Origin: Octopus sinensis
Taxonomy: Eukaryota
Length of the DNA stretch: 8,693 nt
Direction of reading: 5' to 3'
Assembly (NCBI RefSeq): GCF_006345805.1
Contig: NW_021828365.1
Coordinates: 1 to 8,693 of the forward strand
The translations under genes were made by a program, and so were the position numbers. Positions 1 to 8,241 of the stretch are shown piece by piece (positions within the stretch are counted from its first letter, which is position 1; the number at the start of each line of letters is the position of its first letter). The notes beneath the pieces are model-generated. The model saw only the letters and a program-made list of their open reading frames with translations. It was not told the origin of the DNA and searched no databases.

Positions 1-205
1 AAGTTGTTATTGTTGTTGCTGTTATTGATATGATGACGATGAGATTGTAGCTATTATTGCTGTTATTGTTGTTGATGTTAGCGTTGTTCAATTTTTGTTC
101 TTTATTTTCCTGTTTTTTATTTCATTCTCGTTTCGTGTTTGTTTGTTGTTTTTTTTCCTTTAGAAATTAATTCTTTTTTTTTTAATTTCAACATTTTATC
201 CAATT

Positions 206-315
206 ACCACCACCACCACCACCATCACCACCACCACCACCACCACCACCACCATCACCACCACCACCACCACCACCACCACCATCACCACCACCACCAC
301 CACCACCACCACCAT
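206..315. repeat. (CAC)n trinucleotide microsatellite with CAT interruptions every 30 bp
   Basis: Pure ACC/CAC run; the only interruptions are T at 225, 255, 285 and 315. Confidence 0.97.
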
Positions 316-344
316 GACAAGATATTGTTAAGGACTGTATTACG

Positions 345-765
345 CACACACACACACACACACACAAACATACACACACACACACACAAACATACACACA
401 CACACAAACATACACACACACACAAACATACACACACACACACACACAAACATACACACACACACAAACATACACACACACATATACACATACACACGCA
501 TTCGCATAAACACACACAAGTACAAGTATACATCCATCCATACATACATATATACACACATGTTTACATAAACATATATGCCTATATACATATATATGCA
601 TATACACGCACAAAACACATACACACGCACACACACATATACATACATACATACATACATATATATATATACATACATACATACATACATACATACATAC
701 ATACATACATACATACATACATACGTACGTACATACATTCATACACACACACATACATACATACA
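345..765. repeat. Compound (CA)n / (CA)nAACATA / (TACA)n microsatellite
   Basis: Directly visible CA runs punctuated by AAACAT, then TA and TACA runs. Confidence 0.95.
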
Positions 766-820
766 TGTTGATGCTTCCATCTTCATAGGTGATTGTCTTT
801 CCCTCGTGCTCCCACATTTT

Positions 821-1815
821 CAACAGCATTTCTGACTCCCAGTCAACAGCATTTCTGACTCCCAGTCAACAGCATTTCTGACTCTGCCAACAGCATTTAT
901 GACTCCCCGTCAATAGTATTTCTGACTCTGCCAACAGCATTTATGACTCCCCGTCAATAGTATTTCTGACTCTGCCAACAGCATTTATGACTCCCCGTCA
1001 ATAGTATTTCTGACTCTGTCAACAGCATTTCTGACTCCCAGTCAATAGCATTTCTGACTCTGTCAACAGCATTTCTGACTCCCCGTCAATAGTATTTCTG
1101 ACTCTGTCAACAGCATTTCTGACTCCCAGTCAATAGCATTTCTGACTCCCAGTCAACAGCATTTCTGACTCTGCCAACAGCATTTATGACTCCCCGTCAA
1201 TAGCATTTATGACTCCCAGTCAATAGCATTTCTGACTCCCCGTCAATAGTATTTCTGACTCTGCCAACAGCATTTATGACTCCCCGTCAATAGTATTTCT
1301 GACTCTGTCAACAGCATTTCTGACTCCCAGTCAATAGCATTTCTGACTCTGTCAACAGCTTTCTGACTCCCCGTCAATAGTATTTCTGACTCTGTCAACA
1401 GCATTTCTGACTCCCAGTCAATAGCATTTCTGACTCCTAGTCAACAGCATTTCTGACTCTGCCAACAGCATTTATGACTCCCCGTCAATAGCATTTATGA
1501 CTCCCAGTCAATAGCATTTCTGACTCCCAGTCAACAGCATTTCTGACTCTGCCAACAGCATTTCTGACTCCCCGTCAATAGCATTTATGACTCCTAGTCA
1601 ATAGCATTTCTAACTCCCAGTCAACAGCATTTCTGACTCTGCCAACAGCATTTCTGACTCCCCGTCAATAGCATTTATGACTCCCAGTCAATAGCATTTA
1701 TGACTCTGCCAACAGCATTTCTGACTCCCAATCAATAGCATTTCTGACTCTGCCAACAGCATTTCTGACTCCCCTTCAATAGCACTTTTGACTCCCAGTC
1801 AATAGTATTTCTGAC
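821..1815. repeat. Minisatellite of ~44.7 units of 21 and 23 bp
   Basis: Hand-parsed into 44 full units plus 1 partial. Long unit CAAYAGCATTTMTGACTCCCMGT (23 bp; 27 copies plus one of 22 bp); short unit CAAYAGYATTTMTGACTCTGY (21 bp; 16 copies). No unique spacers. Confidence 0.97.
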
Positions 1816-1930
1816 AGGTGACCATTCATGTCAGCTGCAGATCAGCATAACTGCTTTCAGAACTCTTCCATTGCCTAATGTCTTTCAGTCAATAGAATGA
1901 CAAATGAGGTCACCCAAAAGAGACCTCCGT

Positions 1931-2188
1931 AGTGGAGGTGCGCGGCTTGCTATTGGAATCACGATCGTAAGATTGTGGTTTCGATTCCTGGACTGGGCGG
2001 TGCGTTGTGTTCTTGAGCGAAACACTTCATTTCACGTGGCTCCAGTCCACTCAGCTGGCAAAAATGAGTAACCCTGTGAGGGGCTGGCTTCCAGTCCAAG
2101 TGGGGAATATATACATGCCATGGAAACCGGGGAAACGGGTCCGTATGAATCGGTATGACTCGGAAAGAAAACTTTGCTTTGCTTTTTA
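1931..2188 (+). mobile_element. tRNA-derived SINE, near full length, with a deletion in the A-box region
   Basis: Head TGGAGGTGCGCGGCTTG; B-box-like GGTTTCGATTCC (~1977-1988); central TGTGTTCTTGAGCGAAACACTT...TCCACTCAGCTG; short repeat tail (CTTTG)n. The head aligns with 2201-2272 and with the minus-strand SINE ending at 7347. Confidence 0.8.
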
Positions 2189-2200
2189 CGTTTGGAATAC

Positions 2201-2272
2201 AGTGGAGGCGAGTGGCTTGGTGGTTAGGGTGTTGGACTCATGATCATAACATTGTGGTTTCGATTCCTGGAC
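2201..2272 (+). mobile_element. Truncated tRNA-like head of the same SINE family
   Basis: A box TGGCTTGGTGG and B box GGTTTCGATTCC; shares ATTGTGGTTTCGATTCCTGGAC with the 1931 copy and then breaks into (CAT)n-like sequence. Confidence 0.8.
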
Positions 2273-2440
2273 ATCATCAGTATCATCGACGTGGTTGTCA
2301 TCATCGTCATCATCATTCATCCTCCAGTGACCCGTGAACGAAATTTGCTCAAGCGATACAAACACGGGTCCGAATATCTTTTTAGCCAAAAAAGTGGAAT
2401 TTTTTTCAATGTTAATATTCATACAAATTGCAGTTATAGT

Positions 2441-2444
2441 AATA

Positions 2445-2490
<46 letters not shown>

Positions 2491-2785
2491 ATGAATGATG
2501 AGGATGATGATGATGATGATAGTGAATGATGAATGATGATGATGATGAATAATGAATGAAGATGATGAATGTAGATAAGAATGAAGATGAGAATGATGAT
2601 GATGATGATGACGACGATGATGAGGAGGAGGAGAAGGAGGAGGAGGATGACGATGACGATGATGATGATGTTGATGATGAAGGAGATGATGATGATGACG
2701 ATGATGATGATGATGAGGAGGAGGAGGAGGAGGAGGATGTTGATGATGTTTGATGATGATGATGATGATGACGATAACCACGACA

Positions 2786-2819
<34 letters not shown>

Positions 2820-2950
2820 TGATGATGATGACGACGACGATGAAAACCACGACAACGACAACGACGATGGCAATGGTGATGCTGATGACGACGACGACGA
2901 CGACGACGATGATGACAACGTCAACAACAACAGCAACAACAACAACAACA
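2441..2950. repeat. Compound trinucleotide tract: (TTA)n, then (GAT/GAG/GAC)n, then (AAC)n
   Basis: Directly visible; explains the poly-D/E, poly-M, poly-H and poly-S ORFs. Confidence 0.95.
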
Positions 2951-3007
2951 TATATCACAAACAACAATTTCAAATTTTTCAGGAAGCAGATTCATCATCT
3001 TAAATGC

Positions 3008-3200
3008 TATTTTTATCTATTTATCTATTTATTTATTTATTTCTCTTTTTTCTCATTTCTTTTTTCCTCCAACTTTCCTTCCATTCATCCATCATCTTTC
3101 CTTTCTATTCATTGCTTAGATCTTCCTTTCCATTTCTTTCCTCCATCTCTCTCCGTCTCTCTCCCACCATATCTCTCTCTCTCTCTCTCTCTCCTTCTCT
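3008..3200. repeat. Pyrimidine-rich low-complexity tract, (TATT)n to (CT)n
   Basis: Directly visible. Confidence 0.85.
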
Positions 3201-3353
3201 ACCGCTGTCAATTAAAAGTATTTGCAACGTTGCGTGCCTGAAGCAGCGATGCATATGTGTCTAACTTCCTGTATGACAAGCTATTTACCGGAAGTACATT
3301 AAGCCAAAGTGAAGTTTAAAAAATAACCTTTCATTTCGTTTGACTATTGTCAG

Positions 3354-3406
3354 CGTTTGAGGGAGAATTACTGGTATACTTAAATGGTTTTATAAGATCT
3401 ATACAG
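3354..3406 (+). CDS. Candidate 53-nt internal exon, peptide (x)FEGELLVYLNGFIRSIQ; unverified
   Basis: T-rich upstream sequence ending GTCAG (3349-3353), an open frame, and a consensus-like donor CAG|GTACGT at 3406/3407. It lies in one of the few non-repetitive islands. No homology recognised. Confidence 0.25.
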
Positions 3407-3411
3407 GTACG

Positions 3412-3422
3412 TATATATATAT

Positions 3423-3477
<55 letters not shown>

Positions 3478-3622
3478 TATATATATATTATATATATGCA
3501 TAAATATATGCGTGTGCACATGTATATATAGAATCAGTAGTATTATCTAATGTCAGCAACACAAAGTTAGCCATAACTATGATGTATAACCTAAAGACAC
3601 ATGAACAAATATATATATATAC

Positions 3623-3682
<60 letters not shown>

Positions 3683-3826
3683 TATATATATATGCACACA
3701 CACACATATAAGTGTATATACAAATATTTATAATTACATATGTATGTGTGTATATATATATATCTGTATACATGCACGAATATATATATATATATACACA
3801 AAATACACATACACATACACACATAC

Positions 3827-3875
<49 letters not shown>

Positions 3876-3905
3876 GATACACGCTTGCACATGCACACAT
3901 ACACA
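3412..3905. repeat. Compound (TA)n / (TATG)n / (CA)n / (CT)n microsatellites
   Basis: Directly visible, with a short unique gap at ~3530-3607. Confidence 0.93.
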
Positions 3906-4148
3906 CGCCCATATACCAGATAAATATTTTCTTGATAGCTTTCGTATAATATTTCAAAATATATCCCAATAAATGATAAACCAAAAAAAATAAATAAAAA
4001 CAGGCTCGGATTACGAAGTAAATGAACGGAAACGGCAAACTCGGAGTACCGGAGATTATTAGCCTTTCAGTTATATTGTACAGAGTAATTCAAAATGAAT
4101 TGTACAAAAAGATGGCATACCTGTGAGTTTTGTAATGAATATATTTGT

Positions 4149-4306
4149 GGATGACAGAATCTTTAACACGCCGGACGAAATGCACCGAGGTCGATTTTGC
4201 CTTTCATCCTTTCGGGTTTGATAAATTAAGTACCAGTTACGCACTGGGTTCGATGTAATATCAGGCCTTGTGCCCATAGCAGAAAAGATTATCATCATCA
4301 TCATAA

Positions 4307-4350
<44 letters not shown>
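4149..4350 (+). mobile_element. Internally deleted SINE of the same family as 5888-6115, ending in an (ATC)n(ATT)n tail
   Basis: CACGCCGGACGAAATGC and CCGAGGTCGATTTTGCCTTTCATCCTTTCGGGTTTGATAAATTAAGTACC align to the reverse complement of ~5960-6105; about 40 nt including the B box are missing. Confidence 0.85.
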
Positions 4351-4351
<1 letters not shown>

Positions 4352-4398
4352 GTGTTGTTGTTGTTGTTGTTGTTATTATATTCAATATTATTATTATT

Positions 4399-4858
4399 GA
4401 GTGGAAGAGCAGTGCATGCCATCAAAGTGACACCGGGGTACAAATATACGAAGCCCAGTATACCCATCATGACTACCTGTCTGACAAGGGTACACCAGGC
4501 ACATGCATCACAACCATATGTGCGCGACATGGTGATTTCATATCAAGATAAACAGCCCATGACCTTCCTGGTGGAGCCCAGTTAGAATTTTCTTCAGGTT
4601 GGGTAATCCATCCCGTTCAAAAGATCCCTGAATAAGGGTTGTTTAAGGATATTGAACGGAACACCCATGTTTCCAAAGGTGAATTATCCAAACCCGAAAG
4701 AATTCCTCTAAATACATGGCTCTGATGCTCTCCCACTACTTCTGCTCGTGATCAGAGATGTACATATCGTCAGCCACTAAGGGACATGGTCTACTGGTTA
4801 AGGTCAAACAACTGACAAGCAAATCTGTGGTATTGAGCAGAATATTTGCTGTAGCCCA
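4399..4858 (-). mobile_element. Probable 5'-truncated non-LTR retrotransposon 3' end, flanked on both sides by (TTA)n
   Basis: A complex 460 bp block with abrupt (TTA)n boundaries on both sides, giving an (AAT)n tail on the minus strand. No recognisable ORF. The class assignment is inference. Confidence 0.5.
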
Positions 4859-4890
<32 letters not shown>

Positions 4891-4988
4891 GCGTGTGCGT
4901 GTGCGTGTGCGTGTGCGTGTGTGGTGTGAGTGTGTGTGTGTGGTGTGTGTGGTGTGTGTGTGTGTGTGTGCGTGTGTGCGCGTGTATG
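4859..4988. repeat. (ATT)n, then (GCGTGT)n and (GT)n
   Basis: Directly visible. Confidence 0.95.
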
Positions 4989-5587
4989 CACACTCTCTGA
5001 AAGCAAGAGCGGACCCTCTGACGAGACTGAAAGTCCGCCCTTGTTCTCGGAGGAGTTGGAATTTTTTTGCTAATTTAAATTTTTTTTTGTTTTTGTTTTT
5101 ATTATTATTCAAGAGCGTTGGAAGTACCCACCACCTTATACAGGGTTTCCGAGCCTCAGAAGGAAGGTGGGAAATGTTATTCCTAATCTATAGACTATTT
5201 GACCAGCTCGAATACTTCTTGAGCTCAAAAACGGACATTTACTAACATAACCAAGTGAACCGATGATTATCGGTATTACTGTCGATTTATTGTCAGTGCG
5301 GTAGATTTCGAAAAAAAACAACAGATTTCGAAGCAGTCCCAATTAAATATTCTCTTTCTCACTGATTTTTTGGACGTCAAGCAGAGATGTTCACAACAAC
5401 GACTGCGGTGTTATCTATGGGAAGTTACACCAGGTGTTGCCTAAGGAAAAACAAACGTTTTTGTTTCGCAGCACCTGCTGTTCTTTATGTGACTTGAGTA
5501 CAAAAAAAAAAAGAAAAATGAAAAAAAAAAACAAAAATTGTTTGCACCTAAAGAATTATTTTTTTCTTAATCTATCAATTTCTAAAG

Positions 5588-5764
5588 TTATTACCTCCGC
5601 CTTGGCGAAGGCAGAGGTATTGTTTTCAGTAATGTTTGTTTATTAGTTTCTTTGTCCGTGGACAAAATAACATATCTCAAGAACCGATGGATGGATTCGG
5701 ATGAAACTTTCAGGGATGTTTGGCCCCGTGACTGGCACGAACCAATTAGATTTTTGGATCGATC
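5588..5764 (+). mobile_element. 5' portion of a Helentron-associated non-autonomous (HINE/DINE-1-like) element
   Basis: Starts TTATTACCTCCGCC. It has a 12-bp stem TACCTCCGCCTT/AAGGCAGAGGTA (5592-5619, 1 mismatch, GGCG loop), then a degenerate GTTT/GTCC microsatellite and a GATTCGGATGAAACTTT core. This order matches DINE-1/HINE architecture. No 3' subTIR or terminal hairpin was seen. Confidence 0.55.
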
Positions 5765-5887
5765 ATTTTATTCCAGCAGCAGAGAAGTACTTTAAGGAGA
5801 AAGGGATTCTTTTTCAGATTTTACTTATCCTAGATAATGCTCCTGACCACCCGCAAAACATCGTAGATTTTGAGAGCCAACATTGCC

Positions 5888-6115
5888 TATTTCTTTATTA
5901 CCCACAAGGGGCTAAACACAGAGGGGACGAACAATGACAGACATAGGTATTAAGTCGATTATATTGACCCCAGTGCGTAAATGGTACTTAATTTATCGAC
6001 CCCGAAAGGATGAAAGGCAAAGTCGACCTCGGCGGAATTTGAACTCAGAACGTAGCGGCAGACGAAATACCGCTAAGCATTTCGCCCGGCGTGCTAACGT
6101 TTCTGCAGCTCGCCC
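5888..6115 (-). mobile_element. Full-length tRNA-derived SINE inserted in the transposase catalytic domain
   Basis: Minus strand reads GGCGAGCTGCAGAAACGTTAGC... with B box GAGTTCAAATTCC. The 11-bp TSD is CCAACATTGCC (5877-5887) / CCAACATTACC (6116-6126). Confidence 0.9.
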
Positions 6116-6808
6116 CCAACATTACCGTCGTATACTTACCTCCAAACACCACATCCCTTCTGCGGCCAATGAATCAGGGAATAATTGCTATCTTCAAGCA
6201 TTACTATATGAAGTGTACGCTGCGGCAAGCAATGGTTGCAACTGGTCTTGATAGGCCCATCACACTTCGTGACTTTTAGAAGAGATACCATATCTGCAAA
6301 GCTGTACAGAACATAGCAGCGGCAGGGAATGTAGAGCAAGGCTATGAATGATGCATGGAAGAAGCTATGCTCGTAATTCATGAATTATTTTAAGGGGTTT
6401 GATAATGTTGCAATCAACAAAACGCTAGTGGCTACGAGTAAAGAACTGGAAATGGAATTGGAGCAGGAGGATTTCACAGATTTATTTGAAAAAGACAAGC
6501 AGCCCCTGACGAACGAGGATTTGATAGAGCTTCACGAGCAACAAAATAAAGAAGAGGAAGTCGAACCTGAGCCACATTATTTTACCATTAAAAAAATGTA
6601 GCAAGCATTTGCATATATCAAAAAAGGTCTTTCCATGTTCGATGATATGGATTCAAATGCTCAGTGCTTTCCCAGGATTATGGGAGTTTGTCACGAAGCT
6701 TTGGCTCCTTATAATGTAATCTTTGAGGAAAGGAAGAAGACAGTTCAAGGAACTCCCAACCGGTTTTTTAAGCGCATCGAATAAAAAGAACAGCGAGAGT
6801 CAGCTGTT

Positions 6809-7347
6809 GTTGTTGTTGTTGCTGTTGAGCGAACGGTCTTCGTCCCAGAGCTCGCAAGATGGGAGAAGTCCGAAACGTTGGTCCTTTGCTATTCGTAAGA
6901 CCCGCAGAAGAGAAAGCAGGTCAACCGCCGACACCGAGAGCATCGACGGATGGATGAATGCGCATCCAGGCTCAGCGGTTGCGTAGGAAGTCGGGGACAA
7001 GAAACAGGAAGAAAGAGTAAAAGAAAGTTGGGGCGAAAGAGTACAACAGGGGTCGCCACCATCACTCCCTGCCGGAGCTTCGTGGAGCTTTAGGTGTTTT
7101 CGCTCAATAAACACACACAACGCCCGGTCTGGGAATCGAAACCGCGATCCTCCGACCGCAAGTCCGCTGCCCTAACCGTTGGGTCATTGAGTACAAGAGT
7201 ACAACAGGGGTCCCCCCCCTCTGTGGGAGCCTCGTGGAGCTTTAGGTGTTTTCGCTCAATAAACACACACAACGCCCGGTCTGGGAATCGAAACCGCGAT
7301 CCTGCGACCGCAAGTCCGCTGCCCTAACCACTGGGCCATTGCGCCTC
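6809..7347 (-). mobile_element. tRNA-derived SINE with a duplicated 5' head and a (CAA)n tail
   Basis: Minus strand has A box TGGCCCAGTGG and two copies of B box GGTTTCGATTCC. The tail is (AAC)n at ~6809-6826. TSD CAGCTGTT at 6801-6808 and 7348-7355. Confidence 0.9.
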
Positions 7348-7390
7348 CAGCTGTTAATGTTGACGATCCATAGCCATCACCATCCGCGAT

Positions 7391-8148
7391 GTAAACCACC
7401 AAATTTTATGTACGTATTGGTAAATTTTAAATAATTTAGATTTTTTTTTACTAGTGGCTGTGTGGAGGCGCAGGAGTGGCTGTGTGGTAAGTAGCTTGCT
7501 TACCAACCACATGGTTCCGGGTTCAGTTCCACTGCGTGGCAGCTTGGGCAAGTGTCTTCTGCTATAGCCTCGGGCCGATCAAAGCCTTGTGAGTGGATTT
7601 GGTAGACGGAAACTGAAAGAAGCCCGTCGTATATATGTATATATATATGTGTGTGCGTGTATGTTTGTGTGTCTGTGTTTGTCCCCCTAGCACTGCTTGA
7701 CAACCGATGCTGGTGTGTTTTCGTCCTCGTAACTTAGCGGTTCGGCAAAAGAGACAGATAGAATAAGTACTGTGCTTACAAAGAATAAGTCCCGGGGTCG
7801 AGTTGCTCGATTAAATAAAGGCGGTGCTCCAGCATGGCCGCAGTGAAATGACTGAAACAAGTAAAAGAGTAAAAGAGTAAAAAGAGTATTGCAAAATAAT
7901 AATAATTACTTAATTTGTTTTTTAAGCTTAAAAAAGGTTTCTACTTTACCATGTCTTATTGCAAACCGCAAACCGCATAAATAAAGCGTCCGCCATGTAC
8001 AGTAAACACCGCCAAATTGTATTCGTAAATTTAGATTCCATCTTGGTTTTTTTACTGTACTGTATAAAGAAGTTGAAGTTATTTGTTTGTAAGCTTAAAA
8101 TAGGTTTTTATTAACCGTGTATTATTGAAAATGCATTCATAAATAAAG
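7391..8148. repeat. Diverged direct repeat of ~150-165 bp in the transposon 3' region; copy 1 is split by the SINE
   Basis: Copy 1 is 7391-7452 plus 7886-7987; copy 2 is 8002-8148. Collinear shared anchors: CCAAATT, GTAAATTT, TTTTTTACT|GTA, ATTTGTTT.TAAGCTTAAAA.AGGTTT, TTATTG, CATAAATAAAG. Confidence 0.75.
7466..7888 (+). mobile_element. Full-length tRNA-derived SINE with an internal (TA)/(TG) microsatellite and a (GAGTAAAA)n tail
   Basis: A box TGGCTGTGTGG, B-box-like GGGTTCAGTTCC, CORE-like CTTGGGCAAGTGTCTT, and a tandem tail at 7860-7888. Confidence 0.88.
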
Positions 8149-8176
8149 TACAGAACTGGGAATGGTTATTATCGGT

Positions 8177-8241
8177 TTAGCCTAGAGACAAGTAAATTCA
8201 ACCTAGCTTAGCCTAGAGACAAGATAATTCGACTTAAGTCG
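8177..8241. repeat. Subterminal 16-bp direct repeat and 12-bp palindrome
   Basis: TTAGCCTAGAGACAAG at 8177-8192 and 8208-8223; perfect palindrome CGACTTAAGTCG at 8230-8241. Confidence 0.85.

Larger units (their letters stand above)
5761..7394 (+). pseudogene. Tigger/pogo transposase (DDE_1 domain plus C-terminus), disrupted
   Basis: Stitched translation: DHFIPAAEKYFKEKGILFQILLILDNAPDHPQNIVDFE /SINE/ PNITVVYLPPNTTSLLRPMNQGIIAIFKHYY...TLRDF*KRYHI /frameshift/ AMNDAWKKLCS*FMNYFKGF...PLTNEDLIEL...KKM*QAF...KKTVQGTPNRFFKRIE*KEQRESAV /SINE/ NVDDP*PSPSAM*. The motifs LLILDNAP.H, LPPNTTSLL.PM.QGII and WKKL are typical of Tigger-type transposases. Stops at 6277, 6374, 6599, 6782 and 7371. Confidence 0.92.

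Noticed and set aside
766-829. Protein-like minus-strand peptide [21 protein letters not shown]
   Set aside because: It is only 21 residues with no recognisable family, and its continuation beyond the array contains stops.
139-835. Poly-His, VC-rich and HT-rich ORFs
   Set aside because: They are translations of CAC, CA and TACA microsatellites that are open in several frames.
821-1815. CRISPR array (short palindromic repeats)
   Set aside because: Units abut with no unique spacers, there are no cas genes, and the context is eukaryotic.
821-1815. Repetitive coding sequence
   Set aside because: The 23- and 44-bp periods break frame, and the ORF track shows no ORF across the array.
2201-2272. 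Genuine tRNA gene (also considered for the heads ending at 6115 and 7347 and starting at 7466)
   Set aside because: Only A/B boxes are evident; I could not form a convincing cloverleaf. The other heads continue into SINE bodies and tails.
2412-3241. Acidic poly-D/E protein and overlapping ORFs
   Set aside because: The GAT register shifts frame along the tract and ORFs appear on both strands, as expected for a simple repeat.
4114-4122. GGCATACCT as the left TIR matching 8274-8282
   Set aside because: It is only a 9-bp match, with no TA-CAG start, no extension, and no transposase N-terminus between it and 5761.
5701-6601. Functional or domesticated TIGD-like gene with SINEs as introns
   Set aside because: Multiple stops and frameshifts, a catalytic D-to-N change and a missing N-terminus; the inserts have TSDs rather than splice sites.
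6723-7703. Short ORFs, including the duplicated MCVFIERKHLKLHEAP and MFSLNKHTQRPVWESKPRS peptides
   Set aside because: They are chance frames across SINEs; the duplication reflects the doubled SINE head.
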